A stretch of DNA of 64,000 bases from Mayamaea pseudoterrestris (Eukaryota): NCBI GenBank assembly GCA_027923505.1, contig BROI01000012.1, forward strand, positions 682,001 through 746,000, in the 5' to 3' direction. Below, piece by piece: positions 22,165 to 32,504 of this stretch (position 1 is its first letter; each line of letters starts with the position of its first letter). Made by a program: the position numbers and the translations under genes. Under the pieces are notes generated by a model that saw only the letters and a program-made list of their open reading frames with translations, did not search any database and was not told the origin of the DNA.

Positions 22165-23199
22165 ATGATGACTGCACGAACAAGTTCAAAGATTTGCCTC
22201 GGTGCCTATAAACAACGAAAATCGGGAAGGCCACTGCGCCAGAGTCTACTACTTCTATGCTTGCTATTACCAATTCTTGTCACTTCGTTTAGCTCACCGG
22301 CTGCAGCCTCACTGTCGGTACGAACCGACCATCGTCGCGCCGCCCGCACCAATGTCGTGCTTTTCTCAACGACAATCAACAACAAAATCCCCTTTATCAT
22401 TGACGAGATACCAAAGGAAGCTAGCGACGGAATATACGTTGACGTTTCCAAAATGTGCATTGAAGCCTTCTTTAATGATGGTCCTCCCGGTCGATCCCTT
22501 TCTCCATGGAAATCATTTCAAGTCAGCTCGCTTCGAAGCATGCAACAGGGTGACTTGAAAATGCGACGTCGGAGTCACTCGGATACAAACTTTATGTTTG
22601 TCGCTCGAAGAGTTATTCCAGCTGACTCTGGCATGACGCAAAAGACACCGCTACTATTGAACTTGAACCGAGTGGTGCATGCGCAGCAACTAGCTAACAG
22701 CGAAGCCGAAGACTTTTGTCGCGGCGATGTGATTGGGTTTGTCGAAGTGACGACCCGGCCATATGGCCTTGGAAGCGAGGATAAAGATATCCAGCGACGA
22801 CACAATCGGTTTCACACCAGACGGCCCGTTCTCACAAACTTGAGCGTTGCATACGACGCGCGACAAAGCGGCGTTGGTTCAGTGCTTTTGGATCGCTGCG
22901 AGCAAGAGGTTGTTCGGCGATGGAAACTTCCAGAAATAATACTAGAAGTTGAAGAAGACAATACGAACGCTATTGCGTTTTACGAAAAGCGCGGTTACAA
23001 GGTCATGTTCGAGGATCCAACATGCCGAAAATTTGATCTGGAAGGTCTTTGGTTACGGCAAGTCCGATGCAAGCGAAAGATTTTCCGGAAAGATCTCGTG
23101 CCGTTTGCACTGCCGACGGAAGTACATGTCAAGGAAGCGCAGAACTTTGGCATTCGAGTTATGCAGAACATACGCGACCGGGTCTTTTCGACAGTTTAA
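22165..23199 (+). CDS. GNAT acetyltransferase, probably plastid-targeted
   Basis: LTNLSVAYDARQSGVGSVLL (motif A), LEVEEDNTNAIAFYEKRGY (motif B); signal peptide ending VTS-F. Confidence 0.88.
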   Translation: MMTARTSSKICLGAYKQRKSGRPLRQSLLLLCLLLPILVTSFSSPAAASLSVRTDHRRAARTNVVLFSTTINNKIPFIIDEIPKEASDGIYVDVSKMCIEAFFNDGPPGRSLSPWKSFQVSSLRSMQQGDLKMRRRSHSDTNFMFVARRVIPADSGMTQKTPLLLNLNRVVHAQQLANSEAEDFCRGDVIGFVEVTTRPYGLGSEDKDIQRRHNRFHTRRPVLTNLSVAYDARQSGVGSVLLDRCEQEVVRRWKLPEIILEVEEDNTNAIAFYEKRGYKVMFEDPTCRKFDLEGLWLRQVRCKRKIFRKDLVPFALPTEVHVKEAQNFGIRVMQNIRDRVFSTV

Positions 23200-23383
23200 A
23201 ATATACGTATCTGCGTAAATTAGCTGGCTATATGCGTTATATATTATTAATGATATTGGTGCTTCTGTTCATCAGGCAACAATGCGACTCACGGAAAGAG
23301 CTCTGGATGTTCAGCATCGCTTACAACATCGTGTCATTGTGAATGTTATTGCTTGGAGAGTTCCATTTTCAGTCCCGTCATAA

Positions 23384-25405
23384 TTATTCTTGCTGTGTCA
23401 ATTCGTCAAGGTTTAAGCAAGCAAGGGCCTTTTCAAATGACAAGTCTGCTTCATTTGCTGACTTGACAAGCTCCGCTTCGTCAGCACCTCCTAGTGCTTG
23501 TTCAAATAGCAAGTCAGCCAACTGCTCCTTGACGTCTTCAGGTAGTTCGATGGGCGTGCCGCGAAAGTTCATTCTTCGACATTCCGGATCATGGCAACCT
23601 TGTGTACAGCTTAGTGTTGTAAAATCGACCGTCCAGGAGATATTGTTGCTTTTGTGAGAGCGACCTACGCACTCACAGTATCTGTTCCGGCTCATCTGGT
23701 ACGTTATTTGTCGCGCAAGTCCATTTTCGCTTGTTTCAACAGACCAAGCGCGAATGGAACCCCGCACGTCCCCGCGAAAAGCAAGCACATCCATGACAAA
23801 ATTGTCCACCATTGGATAGGGCGATGTACCAACTGAAAGAGCGGTCGTACATCTGTTTGGTCTGTCTACTGCTGGCAACTTTGTGTTGACTTTCGAGTCC
23901 AGCTGTTCCACAGGCGCGAGGAGTGGAACCACAATCTTGGACGAGTTCATAGGAACAATCAGCGTCAGCGCCAACGCTTCGGCGTGAAGCGACCAGTCCA
24001 ACATTCCAACAAACTTCTCCACCGCTTGATCCATGGCTTCGCCAAAATCAAAGCTCGCATCTCCGTCGTTTGACACTTCGTGACCAGAAAGTGATTCTTG
24101 CATGGCCGGAAGATAAAATGATTCATTGTCAAAGCCTTGTGGAAATGGAAACTTATTTGCGTCGGCAATACGCAACGCTGCAGACATTGGCTTTCCAAAC
24201 TTTTGCGACCCTAGCAGGCGAAACAACCGATTGCGCGTGTATACGCCCAAATCAATGATGCAAGTCGACTGAATGCCCGTCTTGTTGGATGTATCGACAA
24301 AGAGATAGTCTTGCAGTAGCTTCCGACCTTTCATGGCAAGTTCTTTCGTCGCTTGTTCGTTCGAGAGTCGAGATACCATGTTTTTCACAAAGGCGCCGAC
24401 GGTAATATTGTCCGGAAAGAGCACGTCTTTGGGCAAATGGAGAATCCAGTGTCTCGAAAATTTTGTTGACGTTGACGAGTCAAGATCGACAATGTGCTCT
24501 CGGCGCAACTGGATATTGTAGACTGTCTCAAACTCGGCTTGCAGTTCCAAAAACAGCTCTGTCATTAATGTTTCCGCCACTCCATCGCCCCTCAGCGCTT
24601 CATTTTGAACTAAACTAAACTCCAAATCCAAGTATAAGCGACAAGGCGTATGCTCTGGAATGACTTCATAGTAGTGGCGCGTCATTGGGTCAGTCTTGGT
24701 CCAGTACTTGTGAAGAAACCGTCCCAGATGCGCCACAACGTAGGATCGCTTGCCACTCTTATTGCGCTCATAGCTGAACAGCCGAGGCTCCATGCACCAG
24801 AGTGCTGGTGCGAAATTTGAAGTTGCTGTTTGTTGCTGCTTGGGGAGACGTGACTCTTGCATAAACTCGCGCTGGTACTGGCACTTGACGCGGCTCTGGG
24901 CGGGGCTGAGGAGTGGATCGCGAAGCACTCGCTTTGGTTCGTCCAGCAGAGAATCGGCGGATGACGATGACGACGATGCGGAGAATGCTGTTCCAGTTGT
25001 ATTCTCTACCAAGGGCGAGGGATCTGCGGCTTTGTCATGGCTAGTACCTTCTTGCTCATTCAAGTATTCTCTCATTAGTTCGTTGCGATGCTGTAACGCT
25101 TGCTCCTGCACTGGCCACGTCTTGTAGGTTGTCACTTGCTTGTAGGCCTGAAATTTGGTTTCTTGTGCACTTCCAATTCGCTTCTTTTTCATTTGAATGC
25201 TTCGATCGCGAATGTCAATCTTTAGATTGTGGATTACTTTGTCGCCATCGCGAGGCGTATTGTAGCAAGCCTTGGCAGAGACAATGCCGTGCGAACGTGG
25301 AGTCGTTGAAGGAGCCTTGACGCCATCTTCGTTTGTTCTCCAAGAATAGTCTTTGCTAGAAGATTGCAATTCCTTCTTGTTCATGCTGTTTTCGTAGTCG
25401 TCCAT
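23384..25405 (-). CDS. PRIMPOL: DNA-directed primase/polymerase PrimPol
   Basis: AEP motifs YEVIPEHTPCRLYLDLEF, KFSRH, IIDLGVYTRNRLFRL; Zn finger CECVGRSHKSNN...CHDPEC. Confidence 0.93.
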   Translation of the reverse strand: MDDYENSMNKKELQSSSKDYSWRTNEDGVKAPSTTPRSHGIVSAKACYNTPRDGDKVIHNLKIDIRDRSIQMKKKRIGSAQETKFQAYKQVTTYKTWPVQEQALQHRNELMREYLNEQEGTSHDKAADPSPLVENTTGTAFSASSSSSSADSLLDEPKRVLRDPLLSPAQSRVKCQYQREFMQESRLPKQQQTATSNFAPALWCMEPRLFSYERNKSGKRSYVVAHLGRFLHKYWTKTDPMTRHYYEVIPEHTPCRLYLDLEFSLVQNEALRGDGVAETLMTELFLELQAEFETVYNIQLRREHIVDLDSSTSTKFSRHWILHLPKDVLFPDNITVGAFVKNMVSRLSNEQATKELAMKGRKLLQDYLFVDTSNKTGIQSTCIIDLGVYTRNRLFRLLGSQKFGKPMSAALRIADANKFPFPQGFDNESFYLPAMQESLSGHEVSNDGDASFDFGEAMDQAVEKFVGMLDWSLHAEALALTLIVPMNSSKIVVPLLAPVEQLDSKVNTKLPAVDRPNRCTTALSVGTSPYPMVDNFVMDVLAFRGDVRGSIRAWSVETSENGLARQITYQMSRNRYCECVGRSHKSNNISWTVDFTTLSCTQGCHDPECRRMNFRGTPIELPEDVKEQLADLLFEQALGGADEAELVKSANEADLSFEKALACLNLDELTQQE

Positions 25406-25615
25406 CGTTGATGCGAGACAGTGGAGCTGAGGTGCTTTCCATGGTGCTTTTTGCCGCAGGTTTGTTCGGTCGTTGGCGATTTGCATGCCCGCCGAGATGA
25501 AGCGGCACTGAAAAGACGACGTACGGACAGGCGGTCGCTTGACGCCGTCCAAAATGCATCCGCTTCATTCTTTGATCCATCTCGTCGGCAGTTCTGCTGT
25601 TAGTGGGATACGAAG

Positions 25616-27797
25616 ATGGACATTGATCCCATTGAGCAAGAGCTAGGCATTACTACATATCTTTGTCCTGATGTGGTTGGTTTCTCGGCTGTTTTGAAGG
25701 CTCGATACAGCGACTTTGTCGTTCATGAAGGTTCGTCGATGGCTGTATCTTGGGTTCTTGGGAAGATTATTTGCACTGTTTAGTCTCAGCTACTGCGAAG
25801 TTTGAATGACTGCATAACTCACAAATATTCAACATTTAACTTTAGTCGCCAGCGATGGGACAGTGGCACGACTTACGTGTGTAGAGCCTCGCTTGATCAC
25901 GGATCCTCCCTTGTCGCAACAACCCGCAGAACCACCCAAGGCGAAAGAGGATCAAGCGGCGGACGAGACCAACGAAAAGAAGCGAAAGCACGAGGAAGAA
26001 GTCAACGAACCAGTCGCCAACCCAGACTGGGAGGCTCTGCAACGTAGCTTTGCTGAATTAGTTGGTGTGGAAGCGTCCGTTGCAACCATGCAGTTTCTCA
26101 AATCCATAGAAGCACATTCTTCTGCTGAGACGGAGAGCACCGCCATCAAGCCAGACGAGGAAGCAGACAAAGCACAACCTCAGTACAATGTATCACTACC
26201 TCCAGTCACGGACAAGAAGATTCGTAAAACTGTCCATGAGTGGGTACGCGAAAATCTTGCAGGCATTGCTCGCAGTGACACACTCGATATTGACAAGTTG
26301 GAAACAAACAAGGTGATCCGCGTCTGGCACCAGAAATTTACTAGAAAGATGCCCAACTGGAAGGCATTCGAGCAGAACCGAAACAATAACAATCAGCGCC
26401 GTGACAATAGACCACAAGTTCGCAAACCACCACCTGGAATGAAATTTCTTCGCTTTGTCTTGTACAAGGAGAACATGGACACGACACACGCAATTAACCA
26501 ACTGAGTCGAGTCAATGGCAATCATGGACGCAAGCTTCGCGTAGGATATTCTGGCATGAAGGACAAGCGCGGAATAACCAGTCAGTTTGTCACGGTTCCA
26601 GCTCAAACACCTATTGCAAGCTTGACACGGTACAATATTTCACATGATAGTCATCGAGGCGGTGGACATACACGCAATCAAGGTGTGGGAGTGTTGCGAG
26701 TCGGCAATTTCGAGTATGTGGCGGAAGACTTGCGCATGGGACGTTTACAAGGTAATCGCTTTGATGTAGCGCTCCGGAATGTGCAGCTCGAGGGTCTCGC
26801 GCTACATGACATGAAGGAACGATTGGCGCGGGCGGCACTCTTCTTGAAAGATAATGGATTCATCAATTACTTTGGAGTGCAAAGGTTCGGAAAGTTTCAC
26901 GATACTCACTTGACTGGCATCGAAGTGTTAAAAGGAAACTACGAGAAGGCAATTGACATCATCATGGAGCCAAAGCCAAACGAATCTGAGTTCATGACGA
27001 CTGCCCGAAAGGATTGGCGCAATCGGTTCGAAGCGGCCGAGGACAGGGAAACTGCCGAGAAGGACTGTGCAAGCAGATTGGTTCGTAATGTCAATAGAAA
27101 TCTCAACAACTCTGAAAATTCAGCTTTGAACAGCCTCGCCAAGCACCCACTTGATTACAAGCGCGCCTATGGATGCATTCAAAAGACTATGCGAATGATG
27201 TTTTTGCATGCTGTGCAGAGCTATTGTTGGAATCATGTTGCTTCCTTTCGCATCGACACTCTTGGACGCCAAGTCGTTAAAGGAGACCTTGTCAGTGCAT
27301 CGACGGACGACAAGTTTGCTGTTAAATTAGTCACTGCCGAAGATATTGCTGCTTCCCGCTATCGATTAGAGGATGTACTAATACCCATGATTGGTACAAA
27401 AACAAAAGACCCCGAGAATCTTGCTGGCGAGCACTTTGACAAGCTGCTTGCGAAGATGGAGTTGGATCGCTCAGTGTTCGAAAAGCTTGATGAGCGAGAG
27501 TTTGATTTGTGCGGTGATTATCGCACATTGATCTGTCCATCGGCCGAGCTTGACTATAAGATAATTGAATATACGGACTCGCACCAGCCGCTGATACAAA
27601 CCGATCTAATGAAGCTACATGGGATTGAGGTCGAGGAAGCATCCAGCGCCAACGCCGACCCCAACAAGATACTCTTGGCAATGGACGTTGCTTTCACCTT
27701 GCCGTCGTCAACTTACGCGACGATTGCACTACGAGAACTTATGAAAAAGCCGACATCGAGTGAGTATCAAAGCGAACTAAAATTGCATAATAGCTAA
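25616..27797 (+). CDS. PUS7: TruD-family pseudouridine synthase PUS7. Exons 25616-25730, 25846-27797
   Basis: Exon 1, absent from the ORF track, encodes GFSAVLKARYSDFVVHE and splices in frame to VASDGTVARL. YSGMKDKRGITSQ, GNRFDVALR, GFINYFGVQRFG, FTLPSSTYATIALRE. Confidence 0.93.
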
Positions 27798-27807
27798 TGA
27801 AATTTTG

Positions 27808-29094
27808 CTAGCGCTTATGGTACCATTTTTGGCTTCCTACTAGATCATCAATGTCCGTCACAACCCAGTTCTCTTGCGTTCGGCTAGGCCAGCTAGGGAA
27901 TCTTCCCCGCCATGAGACAATCGTTTCAAGTCGGACAAGATGCATGACCGTGCGCACCAACCCATCCTCTGGTCCTTGCAGCAAGACACCAGTTTTCCTG
28001 TCGCGCACTTGAAACTGCTCCTCGCATTCGACCAACACTTGCATTTCAATTGTCGTATCCATCTTACTTTTACCCCAAGCAGTCTCCTGCCGGATGAAAT
28101 CATTAATCCCACCGAAAGCAGTATCAGGATCCTCTCGCACCAACGAAAGGAGGTCTCTAATCCGACTTAACAGCGAAGTATCAGCTTCTGCGCGCGCCTT
28201 GGTCAGAAATGGTACGCCAAATATTGTGTAAAGAAGAGCGCGCTTGGGCTCTGACTTGAGACTGACAATGAGTTGATCACGTCCAGACTCATGAGCTGAT
28301 TGAAATACGCGACGAAGGGGTTTATCAAGCATCTCCGTTACAACCAAATCGTTTTCAGTATTGCTGATAGTGTCGCTGGATGCGGCGTCGTCATTTAACG
28401 AGTTGAGACCGTCCTCCGCACCTACCGCTTGTTTGTCGTCGGATGACTTTAACTTCTCATCCTCGACACCCGTTTCAGAACTACTTGCTTTGTCATCGTG
28501 TTCCAAAATCTTCTCATCCTTGCCTTTGGAATTAAGATTGATTTGTACATCTTTTGCTATCGTATCGGCAGCCTCATTGACAGGAAACTGAAAATTAATC
28601 GAGCCGTCGCCATTACCATTGACGCTGGAGAATGGAATTTTGTAAACATTGGAAATGATACCAGCAGTGGCTTGAGCAAACGCAAAGGCGCTCGACTCAG
28701 CTAGCTCGTTCCTCCATGTCGTTCCGAAAAAGACTTTCCAAAAGGGAACCTTGAGAAACAAAAAGGCAAGCATTCCTTGAACGTCGTTTGGTAGTCGCAC
28801 ATCTGCCAAATACTCCGGAGTCCCAAACTGGAGACGAGGCAGCAGGTTCTCACTGGGCTCATGCCTCCATGGAAACAATATTCTATTTGGCTTTAGTTCG
28901 GCCGCTTTGAGCTTCAATTTAGCTGCATCTGCGACGCTAGCGGCGTCAGCCGGCGAGTCAATGCTTGAGAAGGTTCTGCTGGCAGCAGCATCCGCATATG
29001 GAAAAATGGTGCGAAGTGGAGTCAGGCATGGATAATTTCCCGCGTTACGTCTGAGAGTGAAGGACAGCTTGCGACTGTATGTAGAAGCCATCAT
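27808..29094 (-). CDS. Tim44-like domain protein (mitochondrial; MAIP1-like)
   Basis: Basic/Ser-rich presequence; C-terminal QVLVECEEQFQVRDRKTGVLLQG...HLVRLE...WVVTDIDD pattern. Confidence 0.6.
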   Translation of the reverse strand: MMASTYSRKLSFTLRRNAGNYPCLTPLRTIFPYADAAASRTFSSIDSPADAASVADAAKLKLKAAELKPNRILFPWRHEPSENLLPRLQFGTPEYLADVRLPNDVQGMLAFLFLKVPFWKVFFGTTWRNELAESSAFAFAQATAGIISNVYKIPFSSVNGNGDGSINFQFPVNEAADTIAKDVQINLNSKGKDEKILEHDDKASSSETGVEDEKLKSSDDKQAVGAEDGLNSLNDDAASSDTISNTENDLVVTEMLDKPLRRVFQSAHESGRDQLIVSLKSEPKRALLYTIFGVPFLTKARAEADTSLLSRIRDLLSLVREDPDTAFGGINDFIRQETAWGKSKMDTTIEMQVLVECEEQFQVRDRKTGVLLQGPEDGLVRTVMHLVRLETIVSWRGRFPSWPSRTQENWVVTDIDDLVGSQKWYHKR

Positions 29095-29381
29095 GGTTGT
29101 TAAACAAGTAGATATAGAGGCAAATAACCAGTGTGATGGATCTATGCGGCCCGAGAGTGCCATGGTCGATGGGGAACGAAAACGGATCTTGCGTCATGCG
29201 TGCGACTCTCATGTCGCACCACCAATGTCGAGCTATTCACTCTCGACCTTCGTCATGGAAGTGCATAGCTCTACATACGTAACGTCAGCTACGAAATTAC
29301 TTGGCTAGAAAAGGAACAACTTGAGATTATTTGAAAACCATAGCGATGAGTGTCAGCGCTGTTTAGATTCTACAAAAGCAT

Positions 29382-30251
29382 TTACAATGACGCACGCCTC
29401 TTTGCTCCGCGGATCTCCCATTGAATGCCAAGCTTCTCCAACTCGGCGATTCGTTGCGGCGTAATGTTCGACGGCTGGCCCTCCTGGTACAGTTTGTGTT
29501 GGCGACGCTGACATTTGATCCAGGTGGCGAGCTTGAAGTGCTCTGGGAGGTCCGACATGTTCACTTGTACATGACCATACTTGGCCTTGAACTCCTTCAA
29601 TTCTACTAGGCGTTCCGCCCATGCGACACCCTGCGAGTCCCATACAAAGCCAATGTTGGCCAGTTTCTGAGCCCGGTCGAGAGTCATGGTCGAAGTCTCG
29701 CCGTCTTGCAGCAACTTCATTTGGTATCTTTGTCTTTTCACCCAGCGACCGAGAGCTGGGTTCTCAACAAAGCGATGCGGCACCAAGCAATCTCCCATGA
29801 TCTGCTTGTACATGCATAACTCGTTGAACATGTTGAGCCACTGACGGGACTGGTACTCTCGGAAACGGGGACCTCCGTCATTGTCAAGGCGAACTGGCTT
29901 TTTCATTGCTCCCTGTGGCGATGTAGGAGGAGACACGATTGGCACCGATGCGTTTATCTGTGGACAGGAGTCAGAATGTGAAATCTCATCAGCCAGTGTG
30001 ATCATGGGAACCTGCATGAGAGTGTTGATGTCGTCCATCCCAGCGAAGAGCAGCTCGTCTGGCATGTCGAACAGCTCCGCAATTGTCGCATGTCCAGTTG
30101 GATCGTTGTTGCCGCTGCAGCCGATCTGTGGGTCGTGGCGTTGGCAGACGGCGCTATGATCAACGAGAGCCAAATTCAGCAATGAGTCCTCATTTCCATC
30201 TGACAATGGATGAGAATGCCATTCCGTACAATCTTCGCAATTTCCATGCAT
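29382..30251 (-). CDS. Helicase-associated (HA) domain protein with two HA repeats and no helicase domain
   Basis: W..MFNELCMYKQIMGDCLVP...LGRWVKRQR...LANIGFVW and W..RLVELKEFKAKYGHVQV...LATWIKCQR...LEKLGIQW. Confidence 0.9.
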   Translation of the reverse strand: MHGNCEDCTEWHSHPLSDGNEDSLLNLALVDHSAVCQRHDPQIGCSGNNDPTGHATIAELFDMPDELLFAGMDDINTLMQVPMITLADEISHSDSCPQINASVPIVSPPTSPQGAMKKPVRLDNDGGPRFREYQSRQWLNMFNELCMYKQIMGDCLVPHRFVENPALGRWVKRQRYQMKLLQDGETSTMTLDRAQKLANIGFVWDSQGVAWAERLVELKEFKAKYGHVQVNMSDLPEHFKLATWIKCQRRQHKLYQEGQPSNITPQRIAELEKLGIQWEIRGAKRRASL

Positions 30252-30741
30252 GGCTCTCCTCTTTTTACAGTGAGTTTCAAAAGGGCCGACGAGAATGTGT
30301 GCCGATGAAAATGAAAAGTGAGAGGGATAGACGCGGCGTTTCAGAAGGGCACACACTTTTACCTCGTGTTAATGGGAGTGAAAGGCCTGCACGAATCTTG
30401 CAAAGTGCGTGCTTGAATTTGTGAAACAGCCCCTTAGCCAATAGAAAGTCGTTTCAATCTTCAACTGTGTCTCAATTGCATTTTTCAGTCACATTTCTGC
30501 CGCGAGGTGGGGGCGGCTAACCGACAACGGTATTAAAATGCCGAGCCCATCCAAGGAATTTGAAGTTCGTATTGAGTTTAGATTCATCATGAGGCCATAC
30601 GCCAGTCTGACGGGCTATCCTGCATACTCAGCTTACTACAATGCGTAGAGTTTTAATGCCCAACTGAGGGGGCTTTCTTATTCTAAGTATATGCCAAAGT
30701 ACGTAGACTGTATAGCGCGCCGATTCATGGTCAGTTGCACA

Positions 30742-31932
30742 CTATGAATCGAACATCTTCCTTCCGGTATTGTCGTATTTAGGAAATGGTTCCTTGTCCG
30801 GAGTAATAAAGGCAGTCACTTTGGAAGCCGCCGCATCTAACGCTCGTTCTTCTTCACTCGAAAGCTTCCAATCCAAGGCGCCATAATTTTGCTGAATCTG
30901 GGAAAGCGTTCTAGCTCCGGGGATGGGAATAGTATTCTTAGCGCGAGTCCAATTAATGGCAACCTGCGATAGTGTCGCATCCTTGTGGCTAGACGCAACC
31001 TCTCGCATCGTACCAAGCAAGCCTTCGTAATCGGGCGTGGCCGCAAGTGCCTTGTAGACGGCTTTCCGTGGGCCCGACGGAAGATTGTCAGCAGAGTACT
31101 TTCCAGTCAACATTCCGAGCGCCAGTGGCGAGTAGCTGAGCACTTGAATGCCTAAGTCATTGCAGCATTGCAGCAACCCATTCTCAACAGGCCATCGGTA
31201 CAATAACGACAATTGAATCTGGTTTGTTGCTAGCTGAATGCCCCGCTTGGCGAGTGCCTCATGGCATGCGCGAGTCGCATCAACGCCATAGTTGGAAACG
31301 CCAACGCTCTTGACGAGTCCTCTGTCATAAGCCGTCGCTAGGCCATCCCAATATTGCTCGTTGCTCCACCCACCAGGAAAGTGGATCTGATACAAGTCAA
31401 TTGGTCGGCCAAGTCGCTTGTGCGAAGCTTCGCACGCGTCAATGACATCCTGCGCCTTGGTTCGAAAGGGAAGCGCCGCAAACTTTGTCGCAACTTGAAT
31501 CTTGGACTCATCGTAATCCTTGCTGAAGACGCCAATGAGCTTTTCTGATCGACCAAACCCATAAATCTCTGCCGTGTCGAGCAGCGTCGTTGACGTTTTA
31601 CTATTGTCAATGGCGTAATCAAAGACCTGCTTCAAAGTTTCATCATTCTTTGCATTGTACCCCCAAAACAGACTGTCGCCCCATGACCAAGCACCAAGGC
31701 CGATGGGAGGTAGAGTAATTTGACCACGTAGCTCATTGTTTGAGGCAGCGGCTGATGCCAACGTCGGAGAGCCGATGACGCTTCCAGCTGAAGCTGCGGC
31801 GATTGGAAAGGAAGCTGCCGATTGTAGAAAGGTACGTCGCGATGACGCCTCCGGTGAATGCGAGAGGCTCAGAGCGGATGGAGCAAGGCAGAAAATTAGT
31901 AACGCAGTTTTAACTTGTAGCTTCATGGCCAT
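30742..31932 (-). CDS. Aldo-keto reductase (pyridoxal-reductase-like plastid clade) with twin-arginine presequence
   Basis: GLGAWSWGD, DTAEIYG, ATKF, IDLYQIH, GVSNYG, SYSPLALG, IPIPGA. N-terminus is a signal peptide followed by SRRTFL and AxA. Confidence 0.92.
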   Translation of the reverse strand: MAMKLQVKTALLIFCLAPSALSLSHSPEASSRRTFLQSAASFPIAAASAGSVIGSPTLASAAASNNELRGQITLPPIGLGAWSWGDSLFWGYNAKNDETLKQVFDYAIDNSKTSTTLLDTAEIYGFGRSEKLIGVFSKDYDESKIQVATKFAALPFRTKAQDVIDACEASHKRLGRPIDLYQIHFPGGWSNEQYWDGLATAYDRGLVKSVGVSNYGVDATRACHEALAKRGIQLATNQIQLSLLYRWPVENGLLQCCNDLGIQVLSYSPLALGMLTGKYSADNLPSGPRKAVYKALAATPDYEGLLGTMREVASSHKDATLSQVAINWTRAKNTIPIPGARTLSQIQQNYGALDWKLSSEEERALDAAASKVTAFITPDKEPFPKYDNTGRKMFDS

Positions 31933-32504
31933 TTTTAAGAGTGTTTGCTCGACGTTGCTGCTATGTTGATTCCACCAAAGAGGTGCACGACTGCAAAGTT
32001 TCCTGCTAAACTGTTAAAACAGTGACTTCCAATCAAACGACACGATATTTGATGTTAACAATCAGCAGTATATGCGTCTTGTGTGCTGCTAGTTTGACAC
32101 AACGCAAAGTCTTCGTTCTTTGAACGTTGTACAGTATGCTGTCGAACAACAAAATGTTGACGAGTGAGTCAGTGCGGCCATGGCCAAAAGCGACTGAACG
32201 TCCCGTACAATACCGCTACGAGATAACTACGAGATAACTACGACATGTAACTCATTAATAGCGTATTGCGGTACAAGTACCTGCCCATGCACCTTTTCAA
32301 CAGCGCACTGGTATTTCTGGTGACTTGTTCATCGATGCATTTGGTCCTGCAGCGGTTGCAAACCAGATTTCTTTGGGTGGGTTCGAAGGGGAATACCGGC
32401 TTGAATGTGAATGAATTGAGTAGCTATGTATGGGAGTCGCAGCTTTTTAAGAACATAAAGTAAATTATATTGTTGCTAAACAATGCATGTAGATGTATCG
32501 CAGG

